From: Chrysemys picta bellii | Taxonomy: Eukaryota | Direction of reading: 5' to 3' | Assembly (NCBI RefSeq): GCF_011386835.1 | Contig: NC_088807.1 | Coordinates: 26,846,001 to 26,910,000 of the forward strand | Length of the DNA stretch: 64,000 nt | Shown here: positions 1 to 8,890 of the stretch, in pieces | Numbering within the stretch: the stretch's first letter is position 1 | How the letters are laid out: every line of letters starts with the position of its first letter | Program-made: the position numbers and the translations under genes | Notes under the pieces: model-generated | Seen by the model: only the letters and a program-made list of their open reading frames with translations | What the model was told of the DNA's origin: nothing | The model's database searches: none

Positions 1-122
1 CCAGGGGCTGTGCAGGGGGGCTGGGCCAGGCCTCAGGGCTGGGGGGCCATGCGGGGGGCGGGGTGGGGCGGGGCCATGTGTGGCAGGGGGGCCCGGGCCA
101 GACTGACCCCCGGCGCCCCCAG

Positions 123-1944
123 GGCACGCTGCAGAAGTTCGTGGATGACCTGTTCGAGACGCTGTTCAGCACGGCACACCGAGCCAGCGCCCTGCCCCTG
201 CCCATCAAGTACATGTTCGACTTCCTGGACGAGCAGGCGGATCGGCGCCAGATCAGCGACCCCGACGTGCGGCACACCTGGAAGAGCAACTGGTGAGACC
301 CCTGGAGGGGCTCGGGGGCTCTGACCCCCCCCCCCGCCTGCCCCTGCGGTTCTGGGTGAACGTGATCAGGGTGTTGGGGGGGCTGGGGAGGGCCATGGGG
401 GGGCTCGGGGTGCCGGGGGGGTGGGTCTCTGGCACTCTCTGACCCCCATCTCCCCCGCCTGCCCCTGCGGTTCTGGGTGAACGTGATCAGGGTGTTGGGG
501 GGGCTGGGGAGGGCCATGGGGGGGCTCGGGGTGCCGGGGGGGGGTCTCTGGCACTCTCTGACCCCCATCTCCCCTGCCTGCCCCTGCGGTTCTGGGTGAA
601 CGTGATCAGGGTGTTGGGGGGGTGGGGAGGGCCATGGGGGGGCTCGGGGTGCCGGGGGGGTGGGTCTCTGGCACTCTCTGACCCCCATCTCCCCAGCCTG
701 CCCCTGCGGTTCTGGGTGAACGTGATCAAGAACCCGCAGTTCGTGTTCGACGTGCACAAGAGCAGCATCACGGACGCGTGTCTCTCCGTGGTGGCCCAGA
801 CGTTCATGGACTCATGTTCCACGTCGCCCCAGCGCCTGGGCAAGGACTCGCCCTCCACCAAACTGCTCTATGCCAAGGACCTGCCCGGCTACCGCGGCTG
901 GGTGGAGCGGTGAGTGGGGGGAGCCAGGCAGGGGGCAGAGTGAGGGGGCAGCGAGAGCTGGGGGCACACTGCAGGGCAGAGTGGGGGGCAGGGGAGGGGC
1001 TGTGATGAGCAGGAGGGTTGGGGGGAGTGGCCGACGCAGGGGGCTCCCTCATGGGGGGAGAGGTGGGGGAGGGGCATCAGGATACAGGGGTTGGGGGGTA
1101 GAAGGGGTAACAGGGCCGTGGGGGGACAGTGAGGGGAGGGGCGCCGGGATGCGGGGGGAGGGAGTAACGGGGCCGTGGGGGGAAAGAGCAATGGGGGGAG
1201 GTGACCCTGCCCCCCCTCACCTCTGCCCCCCAGGTACTACCGGGACATCGCCAGGATGGCGCCCATCAGCGATCAAGACATGGACGCCTACCTCGGGGAG
1301 CAGTCGCGGCTCCACGCCGGGGAGTTCAACACCCTGGGGGCGCTGGGCGAGCTCTACCAGTACGTGGGGCGCTACCGCCAGGAGGTGAGACCCGCCAACC
1401 CCGCCCAGCGCTGGAGGAGCCCCCGCCCCACTGTCCCACCAATCCTGCCTGGCGCTGGGCAAGTCCCCACCCCACTGCCCACCAGTTCCCCCTGCTCCCC
1501 CTGCCCCCCAGTCCCACCCGCAGCCCCAGACCCGCAGCCCCTCCCAGCCCGGCCCTGGGCTCCCCTGCTCTGCCAGTGCCCCTCACTCCCGACCCGCAGC
1601 CCCTGCCCTCCCAGCCCCGCCAGCGCCCCTCAGTCCCCACCCCACTGCCCCCAGTTCCCCCTGCTCCCCCTGTCCCACTGCCCCCCAGTTCCCACTGCCC
1701 CCCCGCCCCCCAGTCCCACCAACCCCGCCAGGTGCTGGGCGAGTCCCCACCCCACTGCTCCCCCCGCCCGGCGCTGGGCGAGCTCTGCCAGCACACGGGA
1801 CGGGAGGTGAGACCCCCCCGGTGCCCCGACCCTGCCCCTCGCCCGCAGGTGCTGACGGCGCTGGAGCGGGACGGGAGCTGCCGGAAGCAGCGGCTGCGCC
1901 AGCGACTGGAGCAGGTCATCGCCTTGGTCTCCACCAACAGCTGA
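123..1944 (+). CDS. PLXNA3: Plexin-A3, 3' partial (last four coding exons, intracellular RasGAP C-terminus)
   Basis: Exons 123-292, 697-909, 1234-1384, 1849-1944 (TGA), all GT-AG and in frame. They give [19 protein letters not shown]...[33 protein letters not shown]...[21 protein letters not shown]...[12 protein letters not shown], matching the PLXNA3 C-terminus as recalled. Candidate polyA signal ATTAAA at 2780-2785. Confidence 0.95.
300..696. repeat. ~120-bp intronic tandem repeat containing copies of the next exon's 5' end
   Basis: Three copies of CCTGCCCCTGCGGTTCTGGGTGAACGTGATCA start at 337, 458 and 577; the true exon starts at 697. Confidence 0.95.
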
Positions 1945-3379
1945 GGGGGGCTGGCCCCATGGCCAGCCAGTGCGACCTTCGACCTCCGGGGTGACGTGAC
2001 CTTCGACCTCCTCCGAGACAATGTGACCTTCGACCCCTGGCTCAGGGGCAGGCTGACTTTTGGGGGGATCCCCCCAATGCCACCGGGATCGGGCCTCGTA
2101 GCAATAACCCAGAGGGGCCGCTGGTGGCAATGGGGGTGTGTGACGGGGGGACAGGGCTGGGGGGCGGATCGGGCTGGGCTGGAGCAATGACCCCCCTTTC
2201 CACCCCAATACCAGACCCCCACCCCCAAAACTGTACAGCCCCCCAGTACTGTATGACCCCCCCAATGCACCCCCAGGCCAGCAGCTGAAAGGAGCTCCCC
2301 ACCTCCCCCCTGTACAGCACCCCCCAAATAGCTGTTGGAATTTGCCTCTTGTGTTGGTGACAGTGACAATGGGAATTGGAGATTTAACCTATGTCCCAGG
2401 GACCCCCCTCCCCAGCCCCCCCCCCAGTTCTCCCAGCCCAGAGACCCCCTCCGTAGCCCTTCCCCTAGCACCCCCTTGACCCAGGGACTGCCCTCCCCAG
2501 CCCCTCCCCAGCGCCCCCTTTCCCGGTGACGTGGTGCCTTAATTACTGAATAATTTATTGCGTCTCAGGGGGGTTCGGTGTACATTTAGTCCCGGGTGTA
2601 AGAAATTTCAGTGTAACCCCCCCCCGCGATATCTGTGTAAATAGTCGTACTGCGTGTGGGCTCGGGGAGGTGGGGCCTAGCTCCCCCCCCAAGATTTGGG
2701 GGAAGCAGGACAGACCCCTTCCCCCGCTCCCACGCAGCTGTTTTCTCTGTTCATTTTATAATTAACTTTTCTTTTGCTAATTAAAGTGCTGGGAAAAAAC
2801 TAACCACCCCCAACTGGGCCATTGTGTTGGGGGGGGCTCATATACCATGGTGGGGGCCACACAGAGCCTCCCCCGACAGAGCTTGGGGTGTCCCCATCAT
2901 GCCAGGCCCTGCACGGACCCCCCCCTCCCAACAGAGCAGGGCTGGAGGGGGGAGTTCTAACACCAAACGCCGGGATAAGAAGCTGCTGTTTGAATCTGAC
3001 TGAACCATGATGCTCGACAATCCAGAGGAACTTCCCACCACTGGACAACAGGAAAAGCTGATGGCAGAAGGGGCTTAGGGCCCAGGAGGCGAAGTCAGGA
3101 AGGTCGGGAAGAGGGGCAGTTTCTCTCCAAGGGGGAGCTTCTTGCTGGTGCTGGAGCTGGGATGGCTCACGGGGGCGATTTCACTCTGCCTCACGTGGGG
3201 CGGGATGGATTCGGGGCTCGTGCCCGGCCCCCCTCTGGCATCTGCCTCAGAAGCGGGCGGGGGCGGGGTGGAGGGAGGTGAAAGATGTCGTGGTGTCAGC
3301 TGGATGAGTAAGTGATGGGTCCTTCAGCACCGGGTGGGGAGGGGGAATTAAAGGAAGATTTAAAGGAAGTCAGGCACCC

Positions 3380-4090
3380 ATTCCCCTCACTCCCGACCCG
3401 CAGCCCCTGCCAGCCCGGCCCTGGACCCCCCCGACCCTCACTCCTGACCCGCAGCCCCTACCAGCCCGGCCCTGGGCTCCCCAGCCCTGCCGGTGCCCCT
3501 CACTCCCAACCCGCAGCCCCTGCCCCCCAGCCCTGGACCCCCCTGACCCTCACTCCCGACCCGCAGCCCCTGCCCCCCAGCCCCGCCGGCGCCCCTCACT
3601 CCCGACCCGCAGCCCCTGCCAGCCCGGCCCTGGGCTCCCCAGCCCTGCTGGCGCCCCTCACTCCCAACCCGCAGCCCCTGCCCCCCAGCCCTGGACCCCC
3701 CCTGACCCTCACTCCCGACCTGCAGCCCCTGCCCCCCAGCCCAGCCCCCCAGCCCCGCCGGCGCCCCTCTCTCCTGACCCGCAGCCCCTGCCAGCCCGGC
3801 CCTGGACCCCCCCGACCCTCACTCCTGACCCGCAGCCCCTGCCCCCCAGCCCTGGACCCCCCCGACCCTCACTCCCGACCCGCAGCCCCTGCCCCCCAGC
3901 CCCGCCGGTGCCCCTCACTCCCGACCCGCAGCCCCTGCCAGCCCAGCCCTGCCCCCCCCCCAGCCCTGCCGGTGCCCCTCACTCCCGACCCGCAGCCCCC
4001 TGCCAGCCCAGCCCTGCCCCCCCCCCCCAGCCCTGCCGGTGCCCCTCACTCCCGACCCGCAGCCCCTGCCAGCCCGGCCCTGGGCTCCCC
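3380..4090. repeat. C-rich minisatellite (CCCTCACTCCCGACCCGCAGCCCCTGCC-type units)
   Basis: Many degenerate tandem units. The same family occurs at ~1520-1630 and, reverse-complemented, at ~33790-33930. Confidence 0.9.
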
Positions 4091-4268
4091 CTGGAGCTTG
4101 CACCATCTGTGCCTGTTGATTTTTAATTATTCATCTGCTCTCCGGCCAGGCAGCTGATGGGAGGTTAATGGACAGAGGTGGGGGAGGGGGAGGGGGAGCG
4201 CCCCTGGGACCCCCCCACACCTGTCAGCTGCAGCTGGAGCTGGCTAACCAGGCCCCTGCTAAGCAGGG

Positions 4269-4733
4269 TGTCACGGCGTATTGGGGAACTCAGGGCCCTG
4301 CACCCCCGGCTTCCTGCGATTCACCATGACTCTCAGCCAGCCAGTAAAGCAGAAGGTTTATTTGGATGACAGGAATACAGTCCAAGACAGGTCTTGCAGG
4401 CGCAGACAACAGGACCCCCCCAGTTAAGTCCAGCTTGGGGTCCCAGGGCATTCCAGCCCACCCCCCTTGGGGGGGGGGTCAGAGCCATCTCTGTCTCCCA
4501 GCCATCTCTCCAGCTCGCTTCCAGCCCTCTCCCTTCAGCGACCCCTCCCACAGCCTTTGTTCAGTTTCCCGGGCCCCGGACTCACCTGACCTCCAACCCC
4601 CTCCTGGGTTCTCATGTTACAAGCTCAGGTATGTTCCCTCGGGCCGACTCCCATCCCCCGATGCAGACCATCCTAGTCACACTCCCCTGTCAGCATTCCC
4701 ACACCCCAGCAAGAACAGTCCCAGTTCGTCACA
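4269..4733 (-). repeat. 3' LTR of the Gmr1-like element
   Basis: TGTCAC...GTCACA termini; AATAAA on the minus strand at 4357-4362; preceded on the minus strand by the PPT AAGGGGGGGAGAGA. Confidence 0.95.
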
Positions 4734-4799
4734 TCTCTCCCCCCTTCGAGACCGAACTGAGCAGGGTCACTTTAGCCAGTGACCTGGGGAAGTTCGAAC

Positions 4800-7586
4800 C
4801 TACCCCCGTTCCCATGGATGCCCCCGCATCCCTCCCATTCCTTGGTGAGAATTACACCAGGCCCCTCCAGTTTCACGCCCCCCCTTGGGTTGGGGGTGCT
4901 TGATGGCACTCGCAGTTCGCATGTGGGAAGGTTTATGCGGCCTGTGCCCTTTTCCCACCCCCATACCTCTGGGGCTCCAACTGGGCTGTGGTCTTCTCCC
5001 AGCGCTCCAGTCTGGAGGTCTGTGCTTTGGGCTCTCTTGGTTTAGAGCCGCCCTTTTTACCTTGGTCACCCTCCGAAAAGGCTCCTCTATGCTGGGCAAG
5101 GGTCCTAAAGCTGTTTTCCCCTTGTCCCAGGCCTTCCTCCCCCTCTGACAGGGGTCACAGGATCCGCAGTACTGTCGGACAGTAACAAAGACCCCAGGCC
5201 AGTAAAAGCTCCGTAGCAGCCTCTGCTGGGTACGCCAGGTTCCCTGGTGCCCTGAGAGGGGAATGTCATGGGCCCGGCACAGCAGCTGGCGGCGATACTT
5301 CTGGGGTACCACCAGCTGCCTCCTGATCCCCCCTGACTCCATTTTCCCTGGGGGAGCCCATTCTCGGTACAGGAACCCCTTCTCCCACAGGAACCTTTTC
5401 CGGCCACCTCGTCCCATGGTCTGTACCGCATTGAGGTCGGCCAGGTCCCTTATCTTCCGCAAGGAGGGGTCTCTCTGTAGCTCGGCCTGGAACTCAGCAG
5501 CTGGGACGGGGATGGCCACCTGCTCTTTCTCGCCCGCTGGGTCCGAAGCTGCAGCCTCCCTGAGCCGCGTCCCTGGGCGTTCCCTCCCCACCAGGTTAGG
5601 GTCCTGCGCCTCAGGCAAGGCACCCCCCCCAAGGCCAGGGCGCAGTGCCCCTCGCCGGCTCTGACCGCGGGTCACAACTAAGGCGGTCTGGGGGCTGCTT
5701 GGCCAGTCCTCTAGGTCCCCCCCCATCAACACCTCAGTGGGCAAATGGTGGTGCACTCCCACGTCCTTGGGGCCCTCCTTGGCCCCCCATTTCAGGTGTA
5801 CCCTCGCTACGGGAACCTTAAATGGGGTCCCGCCCACCCCGGTCAGGGTCAGGAAGGTGTTGGGCACCACCCGATCTGGGGCCACCACCTCGGGCCGGGC
5901 CAGTGTCACCTCTGCGCCCGTGTCCCAGTATCCATAAACTTTCTTCCCATCCACCTCCAGGGGAACAAGGCACTCGCTCCGCAGGGACAGCCCCGCGCCA
6001 ACCCTGTAAACGGAGAACTTTGAATCCGGAGCATCTGGCCCTCCAGAGAAGCTGGCCGGGGGCCCTTCTCTCTCTTGAGCAGTTGATAAGCTGCCAGCCC
6101 CTCTTGCGTGGGAAGCCTGCCCCTCGTCCGTCTGGGCCTCTACCAAGTTAACCCGGTGCGGGTTCGGTCTGCTCAGTCTGTCCTTGAGCTTGGGGCACTG
6201 GGCCCGAATGTGGCCTCTTCGGCCGCAGTAATAGCAGCTCAGGTCCCGTGGGTCCCCTCGAGCCGGTCGGTTGTCCCTGATGCTGGGCCTTCCCCGTGGG
6301 AGGGGATCCCCCATATTCCCCCTTTGGGAGGTCCCAGGGTGACTCTCTCTCTGCATCGCGGCGGGCCTGTTCCTTTGGGGCTCCTCCCTGCCACCCCCTG
6401 ACCGGCTCTTTACAAACTCATCAGCCAGCTGCCCGGCGTGTCGCGGGTTCTCTGGCTTTCTGTCCACCAACCACAGCCTCAGGTCGGATGGGCACCGCCC
6501 ATACAGTTGCTCCAGTACCAGCAGTTTAATCAGGTCCTCCTTCGTCTGGGCCCCACCAGCCCACTTGCTGGCGTATCTTTCCATGCGGACGGCTAGTTGC
6601 AAATAGGAGATCTCAGGGGTTTTATCTTGACTCCGGAACCTTTCCCGGTACATCTCAGGAGTCAGCCCAAACTCTCGTAGCAGGGCCTTTTTGAATAGTT
6701 CGTAGTCCCCTTTCTCTGCCTCTCCCAGTTGGCGGTACAATGCCACGGATTTGGGGTCCAGTAAGGGGGTAAGGACCCGGAGTCTGTCCGCGGGATCAAC
6801 CCGGTGCAGCTCGCAGGCCGTCTCAAAGGCCTCCAGGAAGTCATCCATGTCCTCCCCCTCCTTGTATGGGGCCATGATGCACTTATCAAAGCTCCGTGCA
6901 GTCCTGGGTCCCCCCTCACTCACCGCAGCCGGGGGTTCGCTGCCCTTCAATCTCGCCAGTTCCAGGTCATGCTGACGCTGTCTCTCATTCTCCTGTCTCT
7001 GTCTCTCATTCTCCTCCCGTTCACGCTGATGCTGTCTCTCTTTCTCCTCCCGTTCACGCTGATGCTGTCTCTCATTCTCCTCCCGTTCATGCTGTCTCTG
7101 TCTCTCTTCACGCTGATGCTGTCTCTCTTTCTCCTCCCGTTCATGCTGTCTCTGTCGTTCACGATCCTCCAGCTCTCTCAGTTTTAGCTCTTTCTCCCAT
7201 TCCAGCCAATTCCGCTCCCCGGATGCCGAACGTCGCCGGGAGGATCCTCTGCTGGCCGGCGGGCTTCGCCGGGGGGACCCCCTGCTGGCCGGGGGGGTCA
7301 CGGCGCCTTCGGTATTTGCTGGGCTCCTCCCCACCCTTCCCCTAGGCATAGGAAGGAGGGGTCTCGGGAAGCCCTCAGCAGCCGGCTGACCACTCCCAGC
7401 TGGGACAGACACTGGTGCCTGCGCTGCATTTGCCAGGCTGCTTCCCTGAGACACAGGGATCAGTTCATTCGCGCGATCTTCCGCCTCCAGCCGGGCAATG
7501 AGCTGTTCTTTGGTGAGCCTCCCAATGCGCAGCTGCCTCTGCTTGCACAGCTCCACCAGGTCGCTCTTAAGCCGCTTGGCATACAT
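4800..7586 (-). CDS. Retrotransposon Gag-protease-truncated integrase polyprotein (928 aa from the ATG at 7586)
   Basis: SCAN-like capsid segment (FRSQDKTPE...KW...TKEDLIKLLVLEQL...LRLWLVDRKP...AGQLADEF, ~6410-6660). CCHC knuckle CYYCGRRGHIRAQC (6195-6236). Aspartic protease DTGA (~5914-5926). Integrase HHCC AHD...GHQG...CGSCDPC (~5145-5275), then LPSIEEPFRRV. No DDE core, YxDD RT or RNase H motifs. Confidence 0.9.
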   Translation of the reverse strand: MYAKRLKSDLVELCKQRQLRIGRLTKEQLIARLEAEDRANELIPVSQGSSLANAAQAPVSVPAGSGQPAAEGFPRPLLPMPRGRVGRSPANTEGAVTPPASRGSPRRSPPASRGSSRRRSASGERNWLEWEKELKLRELEDRERQRQHEREEKERQHQREERQRQHEREENERQHQREREEKERQHQREREENERQRQENERQRQHDLELARLKGSEPPAAVSEGGPRTARSFDKCIMAPYKEGEDMDDFLEAFETACELHRVDPADRLRVLTPLLDPKSVALYRQLGEAEKGDYELFKKALLREFGLTPEMYRERFRSQDKTPEISYLQLAVRMERYASKWAGGAQTKEDLIKLLVLEQLYGRCPSDLRLWLVDRKPENPRHAGQLADEFVKSRSGGGREEPQRNRPAAMQRESHPGTSQRGNMGDPLPRGRPSIRDNRPARGDPRDLSCYYCGRRGHIRAQCPKLKDRLSRPNPHRVNLVEAQTDEGQASHARGAGSLSTAQEREGPPASFSGGPDAPDSKFSVYRVGAGLSLRSECLVPLEVDGKKVYGYWDTGAEVTLARPEVVAPDRVVPNTFLTLTGVGGTPFKVPVARVHLKWGAKEGPKDVGVHHHLPTEVLMGGDLEDWPSSPQTALVVTRGQSRRGALRPGLGGGALPEAQDPNLVGRERPGTRLREAAASDPAGEKEQVAIPVPAAEFQAELQRDPSLRKIRDLADLNAVQTMGRGGRKRFLWEKGFLYREWAPPGKMESGGIRRQLVVPQKYRRQLLCRAHDIPLSGHQGTWRTQQRLLRSFYWPGVFVTVRQYCGSCDPCQRGRKAWDKGKTALGPLPSIEEPFRRVTKVKRAALNQESPKHRPPDWSAGRRPQPSWSPRGMGVGKGHRPHKPSHMRTASAIKHPQPKGGRETGGAWCNSHQGMGGMRGHPWERG

Positions 7587-7906
7587 CTTCCTGCTGGCCA
7601 CTCACCGGCCTGTGTGCTCACAGCTCCCCACAGTTCCCAGGGGGACCCCTAGTGTGCCAGCCCTTCTCGAGGTCACCACCTCTCTGCCAGGGTCGAGCTG
7701 CAGACTCCTCCGCCCCTGGGACCACTCGCTGCGATCCCCCCGGGGGACCCTGTTACTGCAAAAGTCCTTCTCGCTGGTCACACACTCCCAGGGGTAATAA
7801 CCGTCTCTCTCTCACTCTTCAGCACGCCTGGTCCCCGTCAATCCCCCTTCGTTTTACTGCTCCCCAGTCACTTACTGCAGGAAGCGCCGTCCACGGGGTG
7901 CAGTAG

Positions 7907-7924
7907 ATCCCACCGCTGCCACCA
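7907..7924 (-). promoter_or_regulatory. Primer-binding site complementary to the tRNA-Leu(AAG/TAG) 3' end
   Basis: Minus strand reads TGGTGGCAGCGGTGGGAT, 2 nt inside the 5' LTR. This complements ...AUCCCACCGCUGCCACCA of vertebrate tRNA-Leu (recalled). Confidence 0.85.
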
Positions 7925-7926
7925 GT

Positions 7927-8391
7927 TGTCACGGCGTATTGGGGAACTCAGGGCCCTGCACCCCCGGCTTCCTGCGATTCACCATGACTCTCAGCCAGCC
8001 AGTAAAGCAGAAGGTTTATTTGGATGACAGGAATACAGTCCAAGACAGGTCTTGCAGGCGCAGACAACAGGACCCCCCCAGTTAAGTCCAGCTTGGGGTC
8101 CCAGGGCATTCCAGCCCACCCCCCTTGGGGGGGGGGTCAGAGCCATCTCTGTCTCCCAGCCATCTCTCCAGCTCGCTTCCAGCCCTCTCCCTTCAGCGAC
8201 CCCTCCCACAGCCTTTGTTCAGTTTCCCGGGCCCCGGACTCACCTGACCTCCAACCCCCTCCTGGGTTCTCATGTTACAAGCTCAGGTATGTTCCCTCGG
8301 GCCGACTCCCATCCCCCGATGCAGACCATCCTAGTCACACTCCCCTGTCAGCATTCCCACACCCCAGCAAGAACAGTCCCAGTTCGTCACA
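7927..8391 (-). repeat. 5' LTR of the Gmr1-like element
   Basis: Apparently identical to 4269-4733; followed on the minus strand by the PBS. Confidence 0.95.
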
Positions 8392-8435
8392 CAGGGAAAG
8401 CCCAGTTTACAGTTTGGATGGGAGACCGGGCAGCA

Positions 8436-8890
8436 CAGCGCCCCCTGCTGCCCGGCCCTGCCTGTCAGGGGAGAGTGTCCCCTGCCCAGCACCCCCACCC
8501 CGCTCCCTGCCCCACGGCGCCCCCCATAGCCCCCAGTCTTGCCTGCCAAGGGAGAGCACCCCTGCCCACCCCTCCACCCCACTCCCTGCCCCATGGTGCC
8601 CCCCACAGCCCCAGTCTTGCCTGCCAAGGGAGAGCACCCCTGCCCACCCCTCCACCCCACTCCCTGCCCCACACCCAGCTCTGCCTGCCAGGGGAGAGAA
8701 TCCCCTGCCCAGCCCCCTGCCCCACAGCACCCCTTAGTGTCCGGCCCTGACTGCCAGGGGAGAGCACCCCCTGCCCCAGACCACCCACCCTGCTGCCCAC
8801 CCCACGGCACCCCCTAGTGCCCAGTCCTACCTACCAGGAGAGAGCACCCTCTGCCCAGCCCCCTGCCCCACTCCCTGTCCCATGGCACCC
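8436..8890. repeat. C-rich tandem repeat (~65-bp units) carrying CTCF-like motifs
   Basis: Units like CCCAGTCTTGCCTGCCAAGGGAGAGCACCCCTGCCCACCCCTCCACCCC. CTCF-like cores at 8436-8454, 8725-8743 and 8805-8823. Confidence 0.75.

Larger units (their letters stand above)
4269..8391 (-). mobile_element. Gmr1-like Ty3/Gypsy LTR retrotransposon, non-autonomous, recent insertion
   Basis: Two 465-bp TG...CA LTRs (4269-4733, 7927-8391), with no difference seen by eye. 5-bp TSD CAGGG (4264-4268 and 8392-8396). PBS 7907-7924; PPT ~4734-4746; one long internal ORF. Confidence 0.95.

Noticed and set aside
4333-4903. Duplicated ORFs in the two LTRs (4366/8024, 4394/8052, 4333/7991)
   Set aside because: Incidental frames in identical LTR sequence; useful only as support for LTR identity.
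7587-7601. ORF-track start at 7601 for the retrotransposon polyprotein
   Set aside because: It is a GTG; the first ATG (A at -3) is at 7586.
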